Source: Chitinophagaceae bacterium (GTDB lineage: Bacteria; Bacteroidota; Bacteroidia; Chitinophagales; UBA10324). From it: a DNA stretch of 64,000 nucleotides. The notes beneath the pieces were generated by a model that ran no database searches, was not told where the DNA came from, and saw nothing but the letters and a program-made list of their open reading frames with translations. Both the position numbers and the translations under genes were made by a program. Shown piece by piece: positions 48,553 to 58,563 of the stretch (within the stretch, counting starts at the first letter, position 1; each line of letters begins with the position of its first letter). Where the stretch lies: positions 394,571 to 458,570 of the forward strand of contig JADJAG010000005.1 in assembly GCA_016704325.1 (NCBI GenBank). The letters are read 5' to 3'.

Positions 48553-49641
48553 TTGTCACTAGGAAAAATCACCTTTCAACAATCAACTACCGATCAGTTT
48601 TACTCAGAACTGAAATCAAAGGTCAATAAGTATTTTGAGGAGCGTAATTTATCGCCGCATGCCAATGCACAAATGATTTTAAAGACGATCCTGATCTTCA
48701 CTTTCACCTTTGGCTCTTACGGCTTAATCATTGCTGATTTCTTACCGATGTGGACGATGTTGTTGCTCTGTGTCGTAATGGGTATGGGAATAGCGGGACT
48801 GGGTTTCTCTGTGGCACATGACAGCATTCACGGGGCATATTCTTCCAATTCAAAAGTCAATTATATTCTTGGATTAACGATGAACCTGATTGGAGGCAAC
48901 CGTTATGTCTGGAGTATTACACATAATGTAGTGCATCATACCTACACCAACATCCACGAGTACGACGAAGACCTGGAACTTGCACCTTTTATCCGTTTGT
49001 CGAAGCATAAAGAATACAAACCCGTTCACCGGTATCAGCATGTGCTTGCATTTATTGCTTATTCATTTGCTACGTTCTTCTGGGTATTCTTTAAAGATTA
49101 CAAGAAACTTTCTCAGACAGATATTGGCCCTTATAAGAATAAGAAGCATCCTGTTACAGAGATCATCATGCTGATACTGTTTAAGCTGGTTTATTATTCT
49201 TATACAATTGTTATCCCGTTACTGGTAATGGATATTACCTGGTGGCAATTCCTGATTGGATTTTTCACCGTTCATATGGTTGCAGGTATTATTTTAGGCA
49301 TCATATTTCAGTTGGCACATACAGTGGAAGGAACGGAGCATGTAAAGAATGAAGGCGAAGGAACAATAGAAGCAACCTGGGCGGTACACCAAATGCGCAC
49401 CACCAGCAATTTTGCCATGGGTAACCGCTTTATCAACTGGTATGTGGGGGGATTGAATTTCCAGGTAGAGCACCATCTGTTCCCACGTGTTTGCAGTGTC
49501 CATTACCCTGCTATCAGCAAGATTTTACAAAGCACGGCTGAGAAGTACAATGTACCTTACCATTACCATACAAAGTTTTTTGATGCGGTTCGTTCACATT
49601 ACCGCTATCTTAAACAATTGGGCAGGCCGGAAATGGCATAG
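48553..49641 (+). CDS. Membrane fatty acid desaturase
   Basis: Histidine boxes HDSIHG, HNVVHH and QVEHHLFP. The ORF is open from 48409 (GTG), with an ATG at 48442. I prefer TTG 48553 because homologues begin just before the KITFQQ...FYSELK block. The start is uncertain. Confidence 0.8.
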   Translation: MSLGKITFQQSTTDQFYSELKSKVNKYFEERNLSPHANAQMILKTILIFTFTFGSYGLIIADFLPMWTMLLLCVVMGMGIAGLGFSVAHDSIHGAYSSNSKVNYILGLTMNLIGGNRYVWSITHNVVHHTYTNIHEYDEDLELAPFIRLSKHKEYKPVHRYQHVLAFIAYSFATFFWVFFKDYKKLSQTDIGPYKNKKHPVTEIIMLILFKLVYYSYTIVIPLLVMDITWWQFLIGFFTVHMVAGIILGIIFQLAHTVEGTEHVKNEGEGTIEATWAVHQMRTTSNFAMGNRFINWYVGGLNFQVEHHLFPRVCSVHYPAISKILQSTAEKYNVPYHYHTKFFDAVRSHYRYLKQLGRPEMA

Positions 49642-49663
49642 TCTCATCCTGTTAAAAACATAA

Positions 49664-49691
49664 GAGCCCTGTAAATCAGGGCTTTTTTTTG
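49664..49691 (+). terminator. Rho-independent terminator after the desaturase gene
   Basis: agccctg (49665-49671) pairs with cagggct (49677-49683), followed by T8. Confidence 0.7.
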
Positions 49692-49899
49692 TAATTGCTT
49701 AGTAGATGAAGATTCAAAATGGAACATGGATGGCACTGAACGGACGGATTTTTTATGGATTTAATTTTTACCTGATCATTTTCCTTCCGCTTTTATCAGA
49801 ACAGTTCTTGTATTGAGTATTAACTCAAAATTATTTTAATCTGTGCTGATCAGTCAAATCCGTATCATCCGTGTGCTATTTTTCCCTTCGGCTGAGTAG

Positions 49900-50481
49900 T
49901 TACCTTTTTTTAATAACACGCTCCGGGTTTTCTTGCAGAAACTGTTTCCATCCGGATACTTTCTTATTGCCCGGAAGCATCACTTTATTTTGAAAATGAT
50001 GACAGACGGCAACAGCCAGCGCATCCGTAGCATCGAGCAGCAGGTATTGATGATCAAACTTCAGCAGGTGGGATAGCAGGGCAGCTACCTGTTCTTTAGA
50101 GGAGTTGCCGTTTCCTGTTATAGATTGCTTGATCTTTCTCGGGGCATATTCAAAAACTGGCAGATTAGCTGACAGTGCAACCGTGATGGCAACGCCCTGT
50201 GCCCTGCCGAGTTTCAGCATAGATTGTACATTCTTGCCAAAAAAAGGGGCTTCGATGGCTACTTCTGTTGGTTTGTACTTCTCAACGATCTTGTTTAGTC
50301 CTGTAAACAGTTCTTTCAGTTTCTGATAATGATCGGGAGCTTTGTCCATGCGCAACACATTGATCTCAATCAGCTTCATTTCGTCTTTCTGAATGGAGAT
50401 CACACTATAACCAAGGATATTGGTGCCGGGATCAATACCCAGAATAATTTTTCGGGCTACCGGTTCGTTCTTGCTGTTCAT
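49900..50481 (-). CDS. ruvC: Crossover junction endodeoxyribonuclease RuvC
   Basis: ILGIDPGTNILGYSVI catalytic Asp block, EVAIEAPFFGKN, LDATDALAVAVCH. ATG 50481 is preferred over ATG 50514. Confidence 0.9.
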   Translation of the reverse strand: MNSKNEPVARKIILGIDPGTNILGYSVISIQKDEMKLIEINVLRMDKAPDHYQKLKELFTGLNKIVEKYKPTEVAIEAPFFGKNVQSMLKLGRAQGVAITVALSANLPVFEYAPRKIKQSITGNGNSSKEQVAALLSHLLKFDHQYLLLDATDALAVAVCHHFQNKVMLPGNKKVSGWKQFLQENPERVIKKR

Positions 50482-50706
50482 TGCATGCAGGTCTTTCAAA
50501 GCAACATTTTTCATTGAGCAAGTTACTGTTCTTCGTCTAAAAAAATTGATGATGTTGAACGCAGCGCGCCGCCGGCATGTTCAAAAGCTTGCTTGTTTGA
50601 ATACATTTTGAGCCTTGAGCATTTCTTTAAATGACAGGATGCTGAAAAACCCGCATCTTTGGTACGTTATTTATCTGGATATACTTTCAAATCAATTCGA
50701 AAAGCA

Positions 50707-51495
50707 ATGAAGATTATAAGGTTGATCATTTTGTTGTTAATGATGCAGTTTGCCGTCAGGGCACAATCCGGCGACGAATGCACGGTAAAGAATACGGCAT
50801 TCAGCATTGGGGAGCAGGTCTATTATAAAGTTTCTTACAACTGGAATTCATTATGGCTTAATGCCGGCGAAGTTTCTTTCAAGGTGAATGAAGGCTTTTT
50901 CAATAATGTGCCATGTTACCATATGATAGGAACAGGGAGTACGTATAAGTCGTATGATATGTTTTATAAAGTGCGCGATCAGTATGAATCCTATATTGAT
51001 ATGCAAACGCTCAAACCCCTTCGCTTTATCAGGAATGTGAATGAAGGAGGTTACATCATCAATCAGAATGTGGTGTTCAAACATAAAGAAAACCAGGCTG
51101 TTTCAGGTAAAGGGACTTTTGCGATACCTGATTGTATACAGGATGTGCTGTCTGCCATTTACTTTGCGCGTAATATTGATTTCACACTCTATAAAAAGAA
51201 TGACACCATTCCCGTAACACTTTTTCTTGATGACCGGATTTATCCCGTGTACATACGTTATCTCGGTAAGGAGATTGTTACCACAAAAAGCGGAAAGTAC
51301 AGTTGCATCAAGTTTAGCCCTTTACTGATTGAAGGGACCATTTTTAAAGGAGGCGAAGAAATGCGGGTATGGGTTACCGATGACAAAAATAAAATACCGG
51401 TACGTGTGGAATCACCGATTATCGTGGGTTCAGTTTATGCTGAGTTGTATAAGTACTCCGGATTGCGAAGCCCGGTAACTGCTAAATTGCAATAG
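50707..51495 (+). CDS. DUF3108-like secreted protein
   Basis: I prefer ATG 50707 (MKIIRLIILLLMMQFAVRAQ signal peptide). Beta-rich body. Family assignment from memory, tentative. Confidence 0.5.
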   Translation: MKIIRLIILLLMMQFAVRAQSGDECTVKNTAFSIGEQVYYKVSYNWNSLWLNAGEVSFKVNEGFFNNVPCYHMIGTGSTYKSYDMFYKVRDQYESYIDMQTLKPLRFIRNVNEGGYIINQNVVFKHKENQAVSGKGTFAIPDCIQDVLSAIYFARNIDFTLYKKNDTIPVTLFLDDRIYPVYIRYLGKEIVTTKSGKYSCIKFSPLLIEGTIFKGGEEMRVWVTDDKNKIPVRVESPIIVGSVYAELYKYSGLRSPVTAKLQ

Positions 51496-51674
51496 CGATA
51501 TTTCAATACAGTAATGCAGGGATGCAAATAATGATGACTTAGATGTTGAAGCTATTCGGGAATGAAACGCATTGACAGTGATAATCTAATTTAATCACAC
51601 AGTTTCATTTTGCCAGGCATGAAATATTATTGGCGAATAGTAGTATGTTTATATTGAAACAATAAACATGCTGC

Positions 51675-54320
51675 ATGAAGTTTACTACCACATTTATCGC
51701 CGCTCTTGCTATCACAGGTATGCTATCCTGCATGTTTTTTGTTTTACAACCTGATCTAAAATTAAGTATACAAAACACTGAATACTCCGGTCCTGAATCC
51801 CCCATTAGCAGAATGGAATGGGAGAAAAACCGATACGCAGATCCGGTCACAGGGCGCATTCCTCATTTTGCTATATGGGAAGCATACCAACAATTAATTG
51901 CCGGTGGAAAAATTTCAGCGCAGCCTTTTATTTCAAAGGCTACCAACCGAACCGGCGAATGGCAACTGGTGAATGATTTTTTTTCTTCTATAGCGATTAC
52001 CAAGATGTGTTATGATCCTCAACAGTTGCAAACTTATTATTTCTGTACCGGCGAAGGCTGGTACAATGCAGATGCAGCCATTGGTGCCGGTGTCTGGAAA
52101 TCAACAGATGCAGGAAACAGCTGGCAACAGCTTCCGGCAACAGATACTTCTTTATTCAGCTATTGCCAGGATATTGACGTGCATCCGGCTACCAGCGATA
52201 TTTATGTTGCCACGTCAGCTTCAGGGTTGATGCGTTCACAGGATGGCGGAGCTTCATTTAAAAAAGTGTTGCACGTTCCGGGTTCGCAGAATAACAGCAT
52301 CTGTGATGTGGAATTCACAAAGAATGGCAGCATCTTCGCTACAACTGGCATCTTCCAGGCCGGTGCTGTATATTTTTCTGAAACAGGCGATTCCGGCACA
52401 TGGGTTAAACAAACCAACGGCTTTCCAACATCAGGTATTTTCAGAGTGGAGATGGCTACTGCACCTTCTAACGACAGTGTAGCCTATGCCATTGCCGGCA
52501 ATACAACCGACTATGGTATTAAAGGTTTCTATAAAACAATAGATAAGGGTAACACCTGGTTTACCATTCCTGATCCGGGAGGAGATTTACAGTTTGCAAA
52601 GCGACAGGCCTGGTACGATATTATAATTGCAGTGGATCCGAATGATGAAAATACTGTGGTGGCAGGAGGCCTTCATCAATGGCGTTCGAAAGATGGTGGT
52701 ACTACCTGGAACCGGCTAACACATGGAAATCCTGACTCGTCAGACTATCAGTATACCCATGTCGATCAGCATGCCATTCTCTTCAGGAATTCCGATACCG
52801 TTTATTTCGGTAACGATGGCGGTGTATGGAAGTCGGGCAATTTCACCAATGAATTTCCCGATATCTATGAAAGAAATCTCGGTTACCGGGTAACACAGTA
52901 CTATGCATCTGCACTGCATCCCGCCGCCGGTAACCTGACTATCATAGGCGGCACACAGGATAATGGAAGCAACCAGATGCAATCGCCAGGTATCAGTCCG
53001 CATAAAGTGCTTTCCGGATACGACGGAGGTTTTTGTGCTGTCAACTACAATTATCCGCAACTCATCTATACTACTAAAAACAGTAACGGCACCTTCCGGC
53101 ACAATAATGCCGGTTATGATATACCGGATACCATCACCAATGCTTACCTCACTGATAATGATGTGCAGTTTATTAATCCGATGGCTATTGATCCTAATGA
53201 TCCGGAGTTGTTATATATGGCATCTTCCAGCAAAGGACTGTGGAGGTTAAAGCATGCCTCTACCGCTACGGATTCCTCATGGGAAAGGGCTTCAAAAACG
53301 GTGGGCGCCATTACCGCTCTTGGTATTTCCAAAAGTCAGCCCGGAACGGTGTTTATCGGTAAAGGCAGTGGTGGAAATATATATCGCATTGAAAGGGCAG
53401 ATACGACTACGTTGACGCATGCCTGGACCGATTGTGATCCGGCTAATCAATTGCCTTCCGGTTCTACTTTTAATCCGGTGTATTGCTCCTGCGTATTTGT
53501 TGATCCGGAAGATGTGAATCATGTATTTGCCATTTATTCAAATTATGGAATAAAAAATATCTGGGAAACAAAGAATGCAACCTCACCCGCTGTTACCTGG
53601 ACTTCGCATGATGGTGACCTGCCCAACCTTCCCGTGAATTGGATTTTTCCCCATCCGGCACAAGACGGCGTTTGTTACCTCGCCACAGAGTTAGGAGTTT
53701 TTTATACCAATTCTTTAGCAGGTGATAATACCATTTGGTTGCCAATCAATGAAGGGCTTGCTAATGTTAGGGTGAGCATGTTAAGTTACCGGCCTTCTGA
53801 TCATTTGATTGTTGCAGCAACGCATGGTAGGGGAATGTTTACCGGCCAGGTACCCATGTCCGGGCCCGACTTTTCAATTACCTGGAATGAACGTGGACCA
53901 TTAGACGTTGGCGGAAGAACAAGAGCCATTATGATCGATCCAAATGATGCAAGCGGCCAAACAATTTGGGCGGCTAGCGTGGCAGGAGGCTTGTGGAAGA
54001 ACACCGGTATCGATGCCCTTATTTCGGTTGATGCCGGAAATGTTGCAGCCGGTATACCCGCCATACATGTTTTTCCCAACCCAATTTCTGCTGCGGGTGC
54101 TCTGATAGAATGCGCTTTGGCAAAGTCAGACAGGGCAACCATTTTTATTACTGATATTTCAGGAAATAGAGTGGTAACACTGTTAAATAACCAAACCATG
54201 CCGGCAGGATTATTTTCTGCCAGGTGGATACCTCCGGGCCATATTGCCAATGGAATCTATTACCTGGTGATTGATCTTCAGGGCGAAAGGAAGGTGGAGA
54301 AAATAGTGGTACTGAAGTAG
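51675..54320 (+). CDS. Sortilin/BNR-like beta-propeller protein with T9SS C-terminal sorting domain
   Basis: 881 aa. Asp-box-like motifs KSTDAGNSWQQL, RSQDGGASFKK, KTIDKGNTWFT, RSKDGGTTWNR. Tail VFPNPISAAGALIECAL...GIYYLVIDL...KIVVLK. Confidence 0.8.
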   Translation: MKFTTTFIAALAITGMLSCMFFVLQPDLKLSIQNTEYSGPESPISRMEWEKNRYADPVTGRIPHFAIWEAYQQLIAGGKISAQPFISKATNRTGEWQLVNDFFSSIAITKMCYDPQQLQTYYFCTGEGWYNADAAIGAGVWKSTDAGNSWQQLPATDTSLFSYCQDIDVHPATSDIYVATSASGLMRSQDGGASFKKVLHVPGSQNNSICDVEFTKNGSIFATTGIFQAGAVYFSETGDSGTWVKQTNGFPTSGIFRVEMATAPSNDSVAYAIAGNTTDYGIKGFYKTIDKGNTWFTIPDPGGDLQFAKRQAWYDIIIAVDPNDENTVVAGGLHQWRSKDGGTTWNRLTHGNPDSSDYQYTHVDQHAILFRNSDTVYFGNDGGVWKSGNFTNEFPDIYERNLGYRVTQYYASALHPAAGNLTIIGGTQDNGSNQMQSPGISPHKVLSGYDGGFCAVNYNYPQLIYTTKNSNGTFRHNNAGYDIPDTITNAYLTDNDVQFINPMAIDPNDPELLYMASSSKGLWRLKHASTATDSSWERASKTVGAITALGISKSQPGTVFIGKGSGGNIYRIERADTTTLTHAWTDCDPANQLPSGSTFNPVYCSCVFVDPEDVNHVFAIYSNYGIKNIWETKNATSPAVTWTSHDGDLPNLPVNWIFPHPAQDGVCYLATELGVFYTNSLAGDNTIWLPINEGLANVRVSMLSYRPSDHLIVAATHGRGMFTGQVPMSGPDFSITWNERGPLDVGGRTRAIMIDPNDASGQTIWAASVAGGLWKNTGIDALISVDAGNVAAGIPAIHVFPNPISAAGALIECALAKSDRATIFITDISGNRVVTLLNNQTMPAGLFSARWIPPGHIANGIYYLVIDLQGERKVEKIVVLK

Positions 54321-54565
54321 GAAGGTCAGGCAAACAGCCTTTCATTAAAGTAATTCCTGTAGAAATTGTAGAAATCAGGAGGTACAGGTTGCCAATTCAA
54401 GATATCTGTAAAATATTTAGCATATTATTTGATTAAGTGGTTGGAAATTCGAAGGAGGTGTAATTCCTCAAAAACAAATTATCCGGTTATTTTCATAAAT
54501 AACTGAATTCCAGTCATTTAATCGTGTCCAATACCGGAATTCGAATATTTTTTTTCGAATAGCCT

Positions 54566-54590
54566 GTAACCTTTCTTTCATTAGTCGTTC
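54566..54590 (+). promoter_or_regulatory. Candidate ECF-sigma-type promoter upstream of the GIN-domain gene
   Basis: gtaacc (54566-54571) and cgttc (54586-54590). The AAC and CGT triplets are separated by 15 nt, and the element lies 25 nt upstream of ATG 54615. A second gtaacc sits at 55446-55451, upstream of the sigma gene. Confidence 0.3.
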
Positions 54591-54614
54591 TAACTACAAA
54601 CAATTTTAAAAAAG

Positions 54615-55427
54615 ATGAAATCCAATTTAATTAATGCTGCTTTAATCGTTGCTGTTCTTGTAATTACTTCCACTTCCTGCAAAAAGGATGGATGGCCCTG
54701 CAAAAATGGAGACGGCTCCGTTCAAACTGAAATGCGATCTATAACAGGGTTTACCCAAATAGAAAATGAAACGGATGTAGAAGTAATTATCACGCAGGGA
54801 ACTGAATATGAAGTTAAAGTGCAGGCACAACAGAACCTGTTAGATGAAGTAATGACTGAAATTAAAGGCGATGAACTGCAGATCTATACGAAGCATTGCA
54901 TCAACAAGCACGAACCGATTGTTGTGTATGTAACGATGCCTGCTTTAACCAAGGTTGAAGTCAGCGGTTCAGGTATTGTTACCACAACAAATGAATTTAA
55001 TGCAACCACTATGTCACTTGTAGTAAGTGGTTCCGGTGTTTTCAATGCAAACGATTCTATTTATACAGATGCAGTTGATCTGACCATCAGTGGTTCCGGA
55101 GTAATAAATTACCTCGGGGAATCAAGAAATGCCAGTGCTGTGGTTGCAGGTTCCGGTCTTATTACCATGCTTGGTAAAGGCAATGCCTCAGATACGGGCA
55201 AGCCTACAAACCTCGACCTCACCATATCAGGTTCCGGCGCAGTGCAGGCATACGACTACCCGGTTGAAGAATGCCATTTTACCATCAGTGGTTCCGGTCT
55301 TGGACAAGTAAATGTTTCCACGTTGCTGTCCGGAACAATCAGTGGAAGCGGAAGCCTCATGTATAAGGGTAATCCTGCATTGAATGTCACCATCGGCGGA
55401 AGTGGTTCTGTGATACACGTCGATTAA
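54615..55427 (+). CDS. Lipoprotein with DUF2807 / head GIN (putative adhesin-like beta-helix) domain
   Basis: 270 aa. Lipobox VITSTSC. Repeated VSGSG / ISGSG / VAGSG rungs typical of the GIN-domain family. Confidence 0.7.
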   Translation: MKSNLINAALIVAVLVITSTSCKKDGWPCKNGDGSVQTEMRSITGFTQIENETDVEVIITQGTEYEVKVQAQQNLLDEVMTEIKGDELQIYTKHCINKHEPIVVYVTMPALTKVEVSGSGIVTTTNEFNATTMSLVVSGSGVFNANDSIYTDAVDLTISGSGVINYLGESRNASAVVAGSGLITMLGKGNASDTGKPTNLDLTISGSGAVQAYDYPVEECHFTISGSGLGQVNVSTLLSGTISGSGSLMYKGNPALNVTIGGSGSVIHVD

Positions 55428-55479
55428 TTAAAAGGTAATAAGCAGGTAACCCATTTTCAGAAACATTATCTCACCCCTT

Positions 55480-56016
55480 GTGAATACGGAAGAACAGTCA
55501 AGGATAGCTGCTGCCCAGAAAGACCCGAAGCATTTCAGGTATTTCTACGACAGGCACTATAAGGAGATATTCCTTTTCATCTATCGAAGAACAGATGATG
55601 AGGAACTATCAGCCGATATAGCGCAGCAGGTTTTCCTCAAAGCCATGCAGGGAATTGACCGGTTCATTTACCGTGGCATTCCTTTCTCCGCCTGGCTGTA
55701 TCGTATCGCCAGTAATGAAGTGATGCAACATTTCAGGGATCAACAGAAATTCAGAATCGTAAGCATTGAGAATGAAGGGGTGAATGAAATAATGGACGAG
55801 GACTACGGGCATTTAGAAGTTGCGAAACGGGAAGCATTGTTTGCAGCTATTAAGAAATTAAATGCAACAGACCTTGAATTGATTGAGATGCGGTTCTTTG
55901 AAAAACGCTCTTTCAAAGAAATTGGTGACATCAAAGGGATCACAGAGAATAATGCGAAAGTAAAAGTTCATCGCATCCTGGAGCGTATTAGAAATTTAAT
56001 TACGGTAGCAGTTTAA
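55480..56016 (+). CDS. ECF-type RNA polymerase sigma-70 factor
   Basis: 178 aa, GTG start. Region 2 block DIAQQVFLKAMQGIDRF...FSAWLYRIASNEVMQHFR. Region 4 HTH block FEKRSFKEIGDIKGITENNAKVKVHRILERIR. Confidence 0.85.
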   Translation: MNTEEQSRIAAAQKDPKHFRYFYDRHYKEIFLFIYRRTDDEELSADIAQQVFLKAMQGIDRFIYRGIPFSAWLYRIASNEVMQHFRDQQKFRIVSIENEGVNEIMDEDYGHLEVAKREALFAAIKKLNATDLELIEMRFFEKRSFKEIGDIKGITENNAKVKVHRILERIRNLITVAV

Positions 56017-56025
56017 TTCACGGCC

Positions 56026-58299
56026 ATGAGAAAGATCAAATTCAAAACTGAATATGTGCCGCTGAGCGACGAAGTCATCAACAGCCATAAAAATTTCGAT
56101 CAGTTGTTGTCTGCCTATGTTGCTGCGCCTAAACCCAATTGGTTTAAACAATTCATACAAAAAAAGTGGACTATGTTTGGAGGAGGATTAATGACCGGTG
56201 CAATTATTACTTCATTATTGTGGTATAACCAGGAAACGCTGTTTGAAAATGATACGCTGGTACAGGAATCGCAGCCGGCTGCAGAACAACAGTTAATAAA
56301 GGAGCAACAGCCGAAAGCCATTATTGATTCTTTGCAATTTGCTATTGCAGATGAAATCGAACAGGAACATCCTGCAAACATTGATGCTGCCGAAGAAAAA
56401 AATACAGCTTCAACAGCATCTTTGACACCTGATACTAAAGGGAAGGATGTTTTAGCAAATGGTAATGCAGTCGGTTTACAAAATGGCACCGTAAAAGGTT
56501 CAACCGAAAAAGTTCAGCAGCATATTATTGATGAGCCCCTTACTCCGGTAGTCACAAGAGCGCAACAACCAATAGAGTCTGCTGAAAGTACAATGACAGA
56601 TGTTATTCCTGCAGGTACATCCATACCGCTAAATGATCAATCGGCAATAGTCGCTGATAATCTCGTGCAAACTGATACCACTACAGTGGAATTGGAAAAG
56701 CAGGTTGCTGTTGAGCACAATGCGCTTTCTTCCGGTAATATTGACACCGGTAGGGTATTGGAACCAGTAGTAGCAGCTGTTGTACCGGAAGCAAAGACTG
56801 AATTATCCGCCACTGATTCTGCAATAATTGTTAGTGAATCAAAAGATAAGGATGGCAACCTCTTGCCAGGTGTTGTAGCCGGCGCAGCGATTATTGCAGC
56901 ACCTTCTTTAGGTGATAAATCAAATGCAGATAAGAATACTAAATCCAATAATAGCGACAAACAAAAGTCAAAGGGAAAAGAGAAGCAGGAATCCAATGCT
57001 CCAGAAGACATCACGGCTTTCAATGCAGACAGTACAGTCAATGATGCCTCAGTGGAAAAGAAGAAAGGATGGTTTGTTTTTGGAACAGATTCTTCAAAAG
57101 TTGATAAAACAGCCGGTGGAAGTAAAATGGATTCCATGCGGGCAGCCGGCAAAACGCCGGAGCAACTAAGCCAGGATTCACTTTATACACCACGCTACGC
57201 GCAGGTTTCTTTCATAACTCCTTTGAGTAGTAATGGAATAGATGGCTATAAGTATATGCATTATTTCTCACTCAATATTTTACAGGGTTATAATGGCGCA
57301 TTGGAAGGAGCAGAATTTGGTGGATTGTTGAATGGGGTTAAAGGCTATGTAACGGGAGCACAATTTGGCGGACTTGCGAATTTTGCGGGGGGCAATCTTA
57401 AGGGAGCACAATTCGGAGGATTAGCAAATTTCACCGGCGGATATGTTAAAGGTGCACAGTTTGGCGGATTGGCTAATGTAGGCGAATCAGTAGATGGGGC
57501 TCAGTTTGCAGGTATCGCAAATGTAAGCGGCAGTTATGTTACCGGGTTTCAGGCAGCGGGCATAACCAATATTTCTGCCGACAGCCTGAATGGAGCACAA
57601 GTGGCCGGCATTGTCAATATAGTAAGTAGTGAAAAGCAATCAACCGGATGGCAGGTTGCCGGAGTCGGCAATGTTTCCCTCGCAGAAGCAAAAGGCGGGC
57701 AAATCGGCGGTGTGTTTAATGTGGCCAACAGGTTAGTAGGAGCACAAATCAGCTTAATCAATTTCGGACAAAATGTAGACGGTGTACAGATTGGTTTAAT
57801 TAATATTTCCGATACAATAAAGGGTGCAGCCATCGGATTAGTGAGTGTAAGTTCTGATGGAGTATTTGATGTAGCCCTTTGGACCAGCGACTTTCTGATG
57901 TTTAATGGCGGTATTCGCGTGGGTACGAAATCCGTTTATAATATTTATGCTTATGGTGTGTCGCCTTTCCAAACTGAACTTCCTTTTGGTTTTGGTATTG
58001 GTATTGGTGGACATATTCCTGTTAAGAAGAAAGCATTTATTGAGATTGATGGTATGGCATGGTCAATGCATCGCAGCTATGTGAGTTTCGATGAGATCAA
58101 CATGATTAACCAGTTGCGTGTAATGGGTGGATACCGCTTCAATAAATATTTCAGTGTTTTTGCAGGTCCAACATTAAACGTCAGTGTACAGAGTAACCGT
58201 TACGAACCGTTTCTCGACAATTACTTTTATGAGAGTGTAAGTGAAAACAACACCGTTCGCCTGGCACCTGGATTTGTAGCGGGAGTGCGTTTATTCTGA
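56026..58299 (+). CDS. Single-pass membrane protein: short cytoplasmic N-terminus, disordered linker, ~16-aa G-x-Q-x-G-G-x-x-N repeats, OMP-like beta-barrel C-terminus
   Basis: 757 aa, 9 nt after the sigma gene. One helix WTMFGGGLMTGAIITSLLWY, then ~300 aa of Q/E/A/T/K-rich sequence. About 11 repeats (GAQFGGLANFAGGNLK, GAQFGGLANFTGGYVK, ...GVQIGLINISDTIK). The last ~150 aa have alternating-hydrophobic strands ending GVRLF. Confidence 0.6.
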   Translation: MRKIKFKTEYVPLSDEVINSHKNFDQLLSAYVAAPKPNWFKQFIQKKWTMFGGGLMTGAIITSLLWYNQETLFENDTLVQESQPAAEQQLIKEQQPKAIIDSLQFAIADEIEQEHPANIDAAEEKNTASTASLTPDTKGKDVLANGNAVGLQNGTVKGSTEKVQQHIIDEPLTPVVTRAQQPIESAESTMTDVIPAGTSIPLNDQSAIVADNLVQTDTTTVELEKQVAVEHNALSSGNIDTGRVLEPVVAAVVPEAKTELSATDSAIIVSESKDKDGNLLPGVVAGAAIIAAPSLGDKSNADKNTKSNNSDKQKSKGKEKQESNAPEDITAFNADSTVNDASVEKKKGWFVFGTDSSKVDKTAGGSKMDSMRAAGKTPEQLSQDSLYTPRYAQVSFITPLSSNGIDGYKYMHYFSLNILQGYNGALEGAEFGGLLNGVKGYVTGAQFGGLANFAGGNLKGAQFGGLANFTGGYVKGAQFGGLANVGESVDGAQFAGIANVSGSYVTGFQAAGITNISADSLNGAQVAGIVNIVSSEKQSTGWQVAGVGNVSLAEAKGGQIGGVFNVANRLVGAQISLINFGQNVDGVQIGLINISDTIKGAAIGLVSVSSDGVFDVALWTSDFLMFNGGIRVGTKSVYNIYAYGVSPFQTELPFGFGIGIGGHIPVKKKAFIEIDGMAWSMHRSYVSFDEINMINQLRVMGGYRFNKYFSVFAGPTLNVSVQSNRYEPFLDNYFYESVSENNTVRLAPGFVAGVRLF

Positions 58300-58563
58300 G
58301 ATATGTTTCGACATCTTCAAGTTGTAATTGGGACCACAAATGCTGATTCCCTGTGAATACCGTAACAATCCGTAATTGCCTTCAATCGATCTTGTTATCA
58401 AAAGTTGGTTTCTAACGGAACTTGAACATCATTGTAAAAATGGTATCTATTTAGTATGATGCAATTGCAAAGTTGTTTTGGGATCATTCCGCTGAAGTAG
58501 ATGCTGAACTAAATCAGCAAGGCAGTTCGAATTGGCGATAGTTGGCATACAACCTTCAAAAAA

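Noticed and set aside
49721-49876. Inverted repeat ggatggcactgaacggacggatttt / aaatccgtatcatccgtgtgc, considered as a MITE
   Set aside because: Only about 8-10 nt are truly complementary, which is too weak to call an element from one locus. It is mentioned only under the hairpin finding.
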